In this document: one piece after another, positions 24,315-32,336 of the stretch | How positions within the stretch are numbered: position 1 is the first letter of the stretch | Layout of the letters: each line of letters starts with the position of its first letter | From: a virus | Lineage: Duplodnaviria > Caudoviricetes | Direction: 5' to 3' (one strand) | Length of the DNA stretch: 32,336 nucleotides | IMG/VR virus record: IMGVR_UViG_3300033067_000784 | Span: 1-32,336 of that record | Program-made: the position numbers and the translations under genes | Notes under the pieces: model-generated | Seen by the model: only the letters and a program-made list of their open reading frames with translations | What the model was told of the DNA's origin: nothing | Database searches by the model: none

Positions 24315-24856
24315 TGCTTCCAAAGGATCAACTGATTCTCTGCCCTGACTTCACGTCGCGGGCTGCTGTCGCCTGCAAAGAACTCTTCAACCGCCCGCGT
24401 CACGCCCTCGCAGAATCGCCAGTGCCAGTCGTCGAGCACCAACGCGCCGCCCGTGCTGAGCCGGGGCCAGAAGTAACGCAGGCCGTCCAGCGTGCTCTGG
24501 TACAAGTCCGCGTCGAGATGCACGACAGAGAACACATCGCCGGCCGCTGTCGCCGGGAAGAGCCCAGGATGAAAGACGACGTTGTGACAGTCCGCGAGAT
24601 GCCGCTGCACGTCCGCGAGAGAACACGCGAACTCGCCGGGCTCGTGGAATGCGTCCGCTTCGTCATGCTGCGGGATGCCTTCGAAGGTATCGAAGAGCCG
24701 CACCGTCTTGTGCGGTGAATGCAGCGACATCACTTTCGCAACGCCGCCACGGTAGACGCCTAGCTCCGCAAGATCGCCGCTCACGTCCCGCGCCACGTCG
24801 AGGACGTGCCGGAGCGCTGCGAGCTTGGAATCGTTGAGGAGGGTGTGAGACTTCAT
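24311..24856 (-). CDS. TylF/MycF family sugar O-methyltransferase
   Basis: GDLAELGVYRGG, LFDTFEG, HPGLFPAT, VHLDADLYQST, GGALVLDDW. Confidence 0.9.
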   Translation of the reverse strand: MKSHTLLNDSKLAALRHVLDVARDVSGDLAELGVYRGGVAKVMSLHSPHKTVRLFDTFEGIPQHDEADAFHEPGEFACSLADVQRHLADCHNVVFHPGLFPATAAGDVFSVVHLDADLYQSTLDGLRYFWPRLSTGGALVLDDWHWRFCEGVTRAVEEFFAGDSSPRREVRAENQLILWKQ

Positions 24857-25155
24857 TTGCCCAGGAGCCGCTTCGCGTGAAACTCCTGCAGTGTTCCCTG
24901 GTGAATCACCTTGCCGGACTTGTCTTTGATCTCGACAGGCACTTCGTTGTCGAACTTGCGGACATACTCTTCCTGCAGTGATCGCTTGCCCTTGTTGGCT
25001 TCCGCCTTTTCGGCAAGCCAAAGGTCGCGGTGCACTTCGGCCTTCTTTTCAAATGCTTCCTGCTGTTCTTTGCTGCGCGGGGTGCCGTTGGGGACGTAGG
25101 ACTTTTTGAGCAGCCCGGCATATTCAGATTTCAGTTTTTCGATCTCAGATGCCAT
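24853..25155 (-). CDS. Hypothetical protein after the major capsid gene
   Basis: ATG at 25155 with GAGG ribosome-binding site; ATGA overlap with the methyltransferase. Confidence 0.65.
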   Translation of the reverse strand: MASEIEKLKSEYAGLLKKSYVPNGTPRSKEQQEAFEKKAEVHRDLWLAEKAEANKGKRSLQEEYVRKFDNEVPVEIKDKSGKVIHQGTLQEFHAKRLLGK

Positions 25156-25216
25156 TGTTGCGTACCTCGTAAACATGCGCTGGCCCGAGCGATCCCAGGC
25201 CAGCGCAATGGGGTTG

Positions 25217-26191
25217 TTAAGAAAGCGTGACCTGAACGCTCTTCTGCCACATTCCATAGCCGACACCGCGTACGGCAGAGACGCCGAACAGGTGACGACG
25301 ATTCTTGAACTCTTCCTCAGAGCCGGGGCCGATCAACTGCGTCTGCACGCCCTGCTCTTCCTGCAGGATGATCGGGGCATAGGTCGAGTTCGGAGCGCCG
25401 GCGAAGAAGCGGATCTTATCGGTAGCCGTCAATCGCGTGTTGAGGATGACGGTGAACGATACGCCGAGCCCGCGCACAGGGTTGTCGGTCGCTTGCGTCA
25501 ACATGTTCAGGGTCACAGCGCTTCGGAACGCTGATGCCTGCGTGTGCTTCGACACCATGATAACGACATTTGTGATGTCCTGATTGATCGGCTCGCCCTG
25601 ATCGTCGGTCAGGGTCTGCATGTAAGCCAGGACTTCATTGATGATGTTCGCGGCCTCGGTCGCGGTTGGCGCGGCAGGGGTCGTCACGTTCGCCGACGGG
25701 ACTTCCGTAGCCGTCACGTTGTTGCTTTGGTTCGATCCGGATTCGTTGTGATCTGTGTCGAACATGTACTGGCCGTCGTAAGCCAGACCATTGGTAGCGG
25801 CGTCTGCCGTGTTGATGAGCGGCGAGACAATCAGATTCCAGTGAGTGGCGGTGCGTGTTGCCACGTCACCGATTCGCTCCCTGATCTGACTCGTCTTGTC
25901 ACGGCGTAGGTCATCGACGCTGATCGGCAGGGTGTACTCGTATGGGAAGTTCCGAACCGTTTGGCTGTACTTCTTCAACACTTCCTCGTGTCGGGCGCTC
26001 ACCCACCGGCGCATCGTTCCGACCTGTCCGAGCCATCCGTATTCCTCGGTTTCTCGGGTAGAAGGAACGATCTTGCCGAGCATTGGTGCCCAGACCTTTT
26101 CCATTGCCGCTTCAAGCTGCGGAAAGAAGTCCGCAACCAGGTCACGGGAGTCCAGTCCCGTTCCCGTCGTGTAGAGATTGCCTTGTGGCAT
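25217..26191 (-). CDS. Major capsid protein, Mu gpT-like
   Basis: VPSTRETEEYGWLGQVGTMRRWV, YDGQYMFDTDH, RGVGYGMWQ. Confidence 0.88.
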   Translation of the reverse strand: MPQGNLYTTGTGLDSRDLVADFFPQLEAAMEKVWAPMLGKIVPSTRETEEYGWLGQVGTMRRWVSARHEEVLKKYSQTVRNFPYEYTLPISVDDLRRDKTSQIRERIGDVATRTATHWNLIVSPLINTADAATNGLAYDGQYMFDTDHNESGSNQSNNVTATEVPSANVTTPAAPTATEAANIINEVLAYMQTLTDDQGEPINQDITNVVIMVSKHTQASAFRSAVTLNMLTQATDNPVRGLGVSFTVILNTRLTATDKIRFFAGAPNSTYAPIILQEEQGVQTQLIGPGSEEEFKNRRHLFGVSAVRGVGYGMWQKSVQVTLS

Positions 26192-26232
26192 AGTTTTTTA
26201 CCTCAGTGAATAGTTGGGTTGGAGAAAAGAAC

Positions 26233-26664
26233 TTAGATCGAACGCTTGTAGGTGGCCTCGAACTCGACCATGCAGGTCGTTCCGGTGATCCACCGGACAA
26301 TCTTTCCGATCGCCGTGTTGCTGGTAGATGCCTTCGTGAAAGTGTCGTCGTCGCTGGCGTACACTGTGTCGCCGACGTCCGCCGTGCTGCTGACGGTGGT
26401 TACCGCGAGCTTCACGGTTCCACGAGTGCGAAGCTTGATAAGTTTCGCCGACGCTGCACCTGCACTGTTGTCACAGTTCTCGATGCAGAATCCTAAGAAG
26501 TTGTCGCCCGCCACGAGCGGCCGGCCGGTGCCAGTGCTGGAGCTTTCGCCCACTGCCGCGCCGGCATAGATGATGTCGGATGCGATAGCGGGAACCTCGT
26601 TGTATGCCGGATCGCCGCCGTTGAGTTCGAATACGCGTGGCTTGTCAACTGCAAGAGTTGCCAT
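26233..26664 (-). CDS. Capsid decoration / cement protein
   Basis: IIYAGAAV, DNSAGAA, DVGDTVYASDDDT, IGKIV; between protease and capsid genes. Confidence 0.8.
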   Translation of the reverse strand: MATLAVDKPRVFELNGGDPAYNEVPAIASDIIYAGAAVGESSSTGTGRPLVAGDNFLGFCIENCDNSAGAASAKLIKLRTRGTVKLAVTTVSSTADVGDTVYASDDDTFTKASTSNTAIGKIVRWITGTTCMVEFEATYKRSI

Positions 26665-26720
26665 GTTTGTTACCTCAGTCGATTGTTATTGGTTGAGAAA
26701 GTTTGAGCTGACAGGGTTGA

Positions 26721-28061
26721 TTACGTGGAGAGGTTCGAAGCGCGGAATCGGCCAGAGAGTTCGGCATCTCGAATCGACACATATCGATCCTTCGTGCTGA
26801 ACTTTGACTGACACCCTTCCGCGTTGTTGTCCCACTCCCATGCGGCCAGCGCCTTCGGGTCGCGCTGATCGGGCTTGGCCACGGCTTCCGCTGCCACCGT
26901 CGCCGGAGCCAGGGGAATCGCGCCGGGGTGCCCAGCGTTGGAGTTTGGAGCGGTGACGATGCCCTTTGAGACAGTCGCCGCCACCGTGCTCACAGCTTCC
27001 TTGTCTTTGCGAAGCTGTTCGTTTTCGAGTTGCAGAACGTCCGCGTAATCGGCTTTGGCTGCCTGCGGGTCTGCACCCTTTTCGATCTGTGCCTTGATGA
27101 AGTCGGAGCGGCCGGGGAATGCGGAGAACAGAGCCAGCACGCGCTGACGTTCCTGATTCGCACCCTCGGTGGTTCCTTCGGCTTTGCCGGCCTTGTGGCC
27201 CTGCGCGATCAGATTCTTCACGGTCTGATCTTCTGGGTTCTCAGCGGCAAACGCTGCGAATTGGTTGGGGTTCATGTTTTTGTTTTCCTTAATGACGGAC
27301 TCGATCGAATCGACGAGCCCGAGAGTTTTGGCGGAGCTTGCAATGTGAACGCGCCCATCCGCCAATTCGCGGGCGCGGGTTTGTTTCAGTCCTCGACCCT
27401 TCGCGACGTCCGCGATAAACAGGTCGTTTAGTTCCATCACTTCGCGTTTGACGTCGGCCTTGAGTTCGGGAGTGATCCGGCCATCGGCGCCGGCGCCCTT
27501 CAATCCGCCACTGCTCACGAGAATGAGTTGATAGCCGGTGTCGTCCTGCAGCTTCGACGTGTCAGCCAGCACGGTGTAGGTGCCGATTGCCCCGATCTGA
27601 CTGTCCCGGTTCGCGACGATCGAATCCGCCTGAGACGCCGCACGGTATGCAGCCGACGCCACGAGCCCACCGCAGCGCGCTTCGATGTCCTTTTTGCAGC
27701 CTGCGATTGCCTGCGCGAGCATCCCGCCCGCGGTCGCGAGTCCGCCAGGTGAATCGACGTAGAGGCTGATCGAGTTCACTTCGGGGTCTGCTTCTGCTTG
27801 CTCGAGCTTTTCGATGATGCACTTCGCGGGGCAGAGCCCGAAGAAGTCGTCGAGCCACGGTTCGGAGGGGTAGTCCGTGACGATGCCGACAATCTCGATA
27901 CACGCGACGCCGTCTTCGACTTCGTAGGGCTTGTCGCCGGGCCGGGGTTCGCCGCGTGGAATGTCTGCGAGCTTGGTGGCGTTCACCCGCGCGACAAAGG
28001 ATTCGAGCGAAGGCCGGTGCATCTGCCAGTGGCCCGCAAGGTTGTTGAGACTGTGACTCAT
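26721..28061 (-). CDS. S49 family prohead protease with C-terminal scaffold
   Basis: VDSPGG, ASAAY, GAIG, ADGRV...LGLVD; charged C-terminal extension. Confidence 0.9.
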   Translation of the reverse strand: MSHSLNNLAGHWQMHRPSLESFVARVNATKLADIPRGEPRPGDKPYEVEDGVACIEIVGIVTDYPSEPWLDDFFGLCPAKCIIEKLEQAEADPEVNSISLYVDSPGGLATAGGMLAQAIAGCKKDIEARCGGLVASAAYRAASQADSIVANRDSQIGAIGTYTVLADTSKLQDDTGYQLILVSSGGLKGAGADGRITPELKADVKREVMELNDLFIADVAKGRGLKQTRARELADGRVHIASSAKTLGLVDSIESVIKENKNMNPNQFAAFAAENPEDQTVKNLIAQGHKAGKAEGTTEGANQERQRVLALFSAFPGRSDFIKAQIEKGADPQAAKADYADVLQLENEQLRKDKEAVSTVAATVSKGIVTAPNSNAGHPGAIPLAPATVAAEAVAKPDQRDPKALAAWEWDNNAEGCQSKFSTKDRYVSIRDAELSGRFRASNLST

Positions 28062-29605
28062 GGGTTTTCTCGGTTGTGCTCTGGCAGCATCGCAAGCAGG
28101 CGACTCACCGCGCTCGGCTTCTTCGTCGGGTCGGGCTGGGGGTTGTCTTCTGGGTTGGGTGCGTTCGGGTCGGTTGGTCCGCCCGGTTGGGGCGGTGCCG
28201 CTTTCGGTGCGTCAACAGGTAGGCCGCTGTCTGTCATCAACTTCCGGTCGTCCGCGTTCTGCTTGCAGAGGTCGGAGAACCGATAGCCCAGACTGCGGGC
28301 CACGAACGTGCGAGCATCCACGCCCAATTCGATCGCGGCTGCGGCTGCGGCGATTTCCTTCACCGGGTCCACGAGTGCCAGCGGCTGCGGAATCCATTCA
28401 TGCTTCCAGAAGAGATCCGGAACGGGATTCTTGAAGCGGTTATTCTTGACCGCCTTCGACAACGCCCACTGATAAATGCGCGACACGTATCGATCCGCGA
28501 ACTCCATCTGCAGTTTGTCGGCCGTGCGCTGGATCTGCATTTTGATCGCACGCGAGACGGTGTAGTTGGCGCGACTCCAATCAAACAGCAACTGCTCGAG
28601 CGGCACGCCGAACGCCAGGCCCACAGGTCGAACGAACGCGGCCAGCGCTTCCGGGAAGCTCTGGTTGGGCATTCCGGGATTGAGCAACTTGGGCTCTTCG
28701 CCCGGCTTGCCGACCATGATCTGTCCGGGTTCGCCGTTGAGCACGCGCTGTGCTTCGCCTGCGCCATTGGTCACGGTCGACAGCGGAGCGATTGCCGCGG
28801 CCGGGTTATTCTTCGTGATGAAGATCGTGTACCACGTCGCGAGCCGTGACATGGTGACGGTGTCCTCGCAATAGCCGAGGATCATGTCAAACATCTCAAA
28901 GTTCGTGATGAACTTCGTCATGCCACGCACATCGCCGATGCGCAGGCGGTTGGCCAGGAACACAAAGTCTTTCGCATCCACATCGTGATAGGTCGGCTTG
29001 TAGTTCGTCGGGTCGATCGACTCGATCCAGAACTTCGCCGGCCGGCCGTTCGCGTTGAGCTCAACGCCATCGACCATCATCCCGCCCAGATACTTACCGG
29101 GTGGCGTCTTGATGTAATCGCCCTCGATCGCCTGCAGCCTGCCGTCTTCAAAGTCGATCTGAATGTCGCCAATGTCGCCGTCGCGGAGCATCGATTTGAA
29201 GATGATTGATTGACGCGCGTCGAAGTGATACACGCCCGCGGAATCGCTCTTCTTCTTCCAGTTCTCCCACCAGTCCGAGACTTCGTTATTGAACTCTGGC
29301 GAGTCGGTGCGGGGCTCGATCTGAATCCCGGTGCCGATCACGTTCTCGGTGCAACGCTCGAGAGCGCCGGCCGCGATCGGGTTCTTTCTTTCGAGCGAGC
29401 GGGCGCGGTCACGAGCCGATCGCTGATCCTCGCGTCGAGGAATGCGGGTTCCGGTCTGTGAATCGCTCGACTCCCACGTCCGACTTGTGCGCGCAGGCAC
29501 CGTGCCGCGATAGCTCGCCAGCGCCTGCCGAGAGAGTTCCCGGCGCAGGGAGAGCCCCGGCGAAAGGTAGTTAATCGCGCGGTCTAAGAGTGTTGGCTTT
29601 GCCAT
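28058..29605 (-). CDS. Lambda-family portal protein
   Basis: RDRARSLERKNPIAAGA, NVIGTGI, DGVELNANGRP, GDVRG, DWSRANY, VDPVKE; start at MAKPTLLD. Confidence 0.92.
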   Translation of the reverse strand: MAKPTLLDRAINYLSPGLSLRRELSRQALASYRGTVPARTSRTWESSDSQTGTRIPRREDQRSARDRARSLERKNPIAAGALERCTENVIGTGIQIEPRTDSPEFNNEVSDWWENWKKKSDSAGVYHFDARQSIIFKSMLRDGDIGDIQIDFEDGRLQAIEGDYIKTPPGKYLGGMMVDGVELNANGRPAKFWIESIDPTNYKPTYHDVDAKDFVFLANRLRIGDVRGMTKFITNFEMFDMILGYCEDTVTMSRLATWYTIFITKNNPAAAIAPLSTVTNGAGEAQRVLNGEPGQIMVGKPGEEPKLLNPGMPNQSFPEALAAFVRPVGLAFGVPLEQLLFDWSRANYTVSRAIKMQIQRTADKLQMEFADRYVSRIYQWALSKAVKNNRFKNPVPDLFWKHEWIPQPLALVDPVKEIAAAAAAIELGVDARTFVARSLGYRFSDLCKQNADDRKLMTDSGLPVDAPKAAPPQPGGPTDPNAPNPEDNPQPDPTKKPSAVSRLLAMLPEHNRENP

Positions 29606-29609
29606 TGAA

Positions 29610-29849
29610 TTAGTTCGGATCGTTGAACTGCACGGAAACCATGCCGAGCGGAGAGGACGTGTCTTCGTATCCAAGTTGCTCGTCGCAGAACTTGATCGTC
29701 TCCATGCAATCTTTCGGCGTGTTGAACGCGAGAGACTTGCCGCCAATCGTTCGGCTCACTCCGAAGTTTCCAGTTGCCAAACACCACTTGGCCGCCCTGC
29801 GAATCTCTACATATGACGGCTCTTGAAGATCGTCGAAGTTGATTGCCAT
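29610..29849 (-). CDS. Head completion protein (gpW position)
   Basis: 79 aa between terminase and portal; SRTIGGKSLAF. Confidence 0.6.
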   Translation of the reverse strand: MAINFDDLQEPSYVEIRRAAKWCLATGNFGVSRTIGGKSLAFNTPKDCMETIKFCDEQLGYEDTSSPLGMVSVQFNDPN

Positions 29850-29852
29850 GAT

Positions 29853-31739
29853 TCAGTGCCTTCCGCGCCAGCTCGTGGCGTAGTTCGCATCGGTCGTCTG
29901 CGGTTGAGCGGGTGGCTGCTCCTGCACTGCGGCCGGAGCGCCCATCGCGAACTGCCAGGCCGCGGCCACCTGCTGTTGTTCGCAGTCCCAATAGTGGTTG
30001 TTCTTTTCGAATCCCTGCCGTGGCTTCCACTCTTCAAATCCTTTGAGCGGGTCGAACACCTTCGCTTCGGCGGACATCTGATCGGCGTAGTTGTCGTCGA
30101 TCGAGTTGTGAGGCATCCACCGCGAAGCGTCCGGGTCGTGTATCAGCCGGTGCAGTTGATCCTTTGAGGCTTGCGTGTCGATCATCCACAGCGTCACGCC
30201 GTGCGCTTTCTGGTAGCGCTGCATCACCATCCACATCTGCCGGGTGGGTCTGCCGTCGCTGCGGCTGTCATCCGATGCACCCTTCGTCGGGTGAATCCGT
30301 GCCGTGTCGAGCTGAGCAATCTGGTAGACCTCAAACGTTCGATCGCCGCCCGAGTCGATGAGCAGTTGCTGCGGTGAAACGGTGCCGTGTCTGTCCCACT
30401 GGTATTCCTTCTGCAGCGTGTTCGCGAGCAATTCTTCTCTGCTGTTCGCGATCCCGTAATCGACCAATTGCGAGCGGTATCCATGCGTCCAAGCGCGGGT
30501 GACGTAGTACCAGTAAGTCGCCTTGCCTTTGTCGCCCTGCGTGTCCGCAGTCGTGATCAGGATCGTGGCCCAGGAGGGGACCACCTTCGCCGGGCCGGCG
30601 CCTTCCGCCTTCGTGTGGAAGAGGCTCGGTTCCGTCTTGTCGCGCTGCTCTTCGAACGGCTGAGCTAGCCGCTGATTGACGAAGTCGCACAGCGCCTGCA
30701 CGTCCTCTTGAGCGTTGAGCCATTCCTCTGCGAGCTGCGAGAACGTCACCCAGGGGCTGTACGTCGATGGGAGAAAGAACCCGATTCGGCGTGCTGTGAC
30801 GTCGGGGCCGACAACTCGCCCGTCTCGCGTCACTGCCTGATCTTCTGAGGCCCAGATCCCGCGCCGCAACATCGGCGGTTTGTGGTGATCGCGGATCGCT
30901 TCTTTGCAGTGCTCGCATTCGTAATACGCGAGCGAGTCCGTCTTGATCTTTTCCGCCCGCTTCTTGCGGTCGGACTCATTCAGGTCGGGCCATTTGACGC
31001 CCTTCCAGTGCAGTTCCTGATAGCCGTTGCAGTGCGGGCATGGCACCCAATAGTGCATCTTCGCGGTGCACATCTCCCAGCGTTTCCAGATGTTCCCGCG
31101 CCGGGTCGTTGGCGTGCCGCCGATCACCTTCCGCGCTCGGCCCTTGCTCGCCGCTACCGTTAGTCGCTTCTCCGCTTTGGCCAGCGGATCGCCGCCCGTG
31201 CTCGAGAACATCGGGTACTCGTCGGGCTCTTCGCAGAACAGGAAGCGAATCGGCCGGGACTTGGTTCCGGTTTTGGAACCCGCCCAGACCATAAACAGAG
31301 ACATCGTCGCGAACCTGATCCGGTGTTTCGTGTTGTCGCGTCGCTTGTCGCTGAGGTGCCGCCCGATCGCCGGGGTGTTCTTAATCAGCGGTTCGATGCG
31401 CTCGACTCGGAAGTCCTCGGCCGACTTCTGATCTGGCATCAGCACCATCGCCGGGCCGGGGTCGATGTCGATACAGAACCCCATCAGGTTCCGATTGAGG
31501 TCCGACCATCCAACCTGCGCACCCTTGAGGCAGACGATCTCTTCGACGTTCTTTGTGAACCAGTCGCAGACTTCCCGCCAATACGGTGTGCGGTCGAATG
31601 AGTACGGGCCGGGCTCGTCTGATTCCTCTGGACTGAGTACCCGATACTTCTCTGCCCACTCCGAAGGGGTCAGCCGCTCTTGCGGGTAGACCGTTCGCCA
31701 GAATGCCTTGGATGCAATTTTAACGCTGCAGAACTTCAA
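29853..31739 (-). CDS. Terminase large subunit, lambda gpA family
   Basis: TPSEWAEKYR, RTPYWRE, KGAQVG, GTPT, YWVPCPHC, YECEHC, IDSGG, NHYWDC. Confidence 0.95.
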   Translation of the reverse strand: MKFCSVKIASKAFWRTVYPQERLTPSEWAEKYRVLSPEESDEPGPYSFDRTPYWREVCDWFTKNVEEIVCLKGAQVGWSDLNRNLMGFCIDIDPGPAMVLMPDQKSAEDFRVERIEPLIKNTPAIGRHLSDKRRDNTKHRIRFATMSLFMVWAGSKTGTKSRPIRFLFCEEPDEYPMFSSTGGDPLAKAEKRLTVAASKGRARKVIGGTPTTRRGNIWKRWEMCTAKMHYWVPCPHCNGYQELHWKGVKWPDLNESDRKKRAEKIKTDSLAYYECEHCKEAIRDHHKPPMLRRGIWASEDQAVTRDGRVVGPDVTARRIGFFLPSTYSPWVTFSQLAEEWLNAQEDVQALCDFVNQRLAQPFEEQRDKTEPSLFHTKAEGAGPAKVVPSWATILITTADTQGDKGKATYWYYVTRAWTHGYRSQLVDYGIANSREELLANTLQKEYQWDRHGTVSPQQLLIDSGGDRTFEVYQIAQLDTARIHPTKGASDDSRSDGRPTRQMWMVMQRYQKAHGVTLWMIDTQASKDQLHRLIHDPDASRWMPHNSIDDNYADQMSAEAKVFDPLKGFEEWKPRQGFEKNNHYWDCEQQQVAAAWQFAMGAPAAVQEQPPAQPQTTDANYATSWRGRH

Positions 31740-32266
31740 TCAGTCTCTTCGGTTTCATCTGCGCGGCCCGCGTCGCTCATCGCTCGCAGCACGCCCAGGA
31801 TCTTCGCTTCGCACTTCATCTGAAACTCGGCCGCCGCGCCCATGGGCATTCCGAGCGTCAAGGCGTCCGGAACGATCGAGCTCGCCAGGTTCTGCAGTTC
31901 GTTGCGGATGCGCTGGCCGATGCGGGTCCATTCTGCGGTGACGTCTGCGACGGGGATCAGCTTCCCGCGTTCGCGAGCCAAAGCTGTCTCGGCTTCGTCT
32001 GCCTGCGCCCTGAGCTTCCTCACTTCCGCGTCAAGCTTCTCTTCTCTGAGCTTGCTCGTCCGCGTGTCGCCGGCCTTTGGTTTTTCGGGGGCGCCGGGCT
32101 TGAGGTTGTCGGCACGCCATCGCTGGATTGCGGGGATCTGGCCGGGCTTCCACGGTCCCTTACCGAATGGCCAATCCTTTCGCCGGATGTATCCGCTCAC
32201 CTGCGGTTGCTTACATCCCAATGCCTTCGCCAATGCTGTCTGGGTCGCTATCGCGGGGTGCCGCAC
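31736..32266 (-). CDS. Terminase small subunit (Nu1-like)
   Basis: N-terminal HTH (TQTALAKALGCKQPQVS), then KLRAQADEAETALARERGKLIPV. Confidence 0.85.
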   Translation of the reverse strand: MRHPAIATQTALAKALGCKQPQVSGYIRRKDWPFGKGPWKPGQIPAIQRWRADNLKPGAPEKPKAGDTRTSKLREEKLDAEVRKLRAQADEAETALARERGKLIPVADVTAEWTRIGQRIRNELQNLASSIVPDALTLGMPMGAAAEFQMKCEAKILGVLRAMSDAGRADETEETD

Positions 32267-32336
32267 GTAAGTCTATATCCTTTATATGGATGCGTTCGAT
32301 ATCCGGTTCACGCTGGGGAAATGGCAGGGATTTACC

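Larger units (their letters stand above)
1..32336 (-). mobile_element. Tailed phage / prophage genome segment (packaging, head, tail, early recombination-replication genes)
   Basis: Contiguous co-oriented terminase, portal, protease, capsid, tail, RecE/RecT and RuvC genes with overlapping start/stop codons; no host housekeeping context. Confidence 0.97.

Noticed and set aside
14338-32270. Numerous long plus-strand ORFs over the structural operon
   Set aside because: GC-rich antisense shadows of well-supported minus-strand genes
32267-32336. cos site upstream of the small terminase gene
   Set aside because: The position is plausible by analogy with lambda, but no recognisable cos sequence is visible and the window ends here

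Overview
A GC-rich segment of a tailed dsDNA phage or prophage with siphovirus-type organisation. The host is probably a Planctomycete (inference from protein motifs). Nearly all genes are on the minus strand. From the right end they encode: lambda-like terminase subunits, portal and S49 protease; a Mu gpT-like major capsid; a three-gene TylF methyltransferase / CMP-nonulosonate synthetase / Maf- or sialyltransferase-like module inside the virion operon; neck and tail genes with a -1 frameshifted chaperone; a short tape measure and a Cys-rich adhesin. After an AT-rich control region comes an early operon with CsrA, a FlgM-like protein, RecE/RecT, replication genes, helicase, DNA methyltransferase, a PAPS-reductase-like protein and RuvC. 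The most striking signal is non-coding: two diverged copies (7293-7448 and 11345-11502) of a ~157-nt tRNA-shaped RNA whose anticodon loop is replaced by a large branched domain. The fold is supported by compensatory base changes between the copies, and each copy sits in a long hairpin-rich intergenic cassette. No integrase, repressor or lysis gene was recognised. All assignments come from motif recognition by eye; no database search was run.
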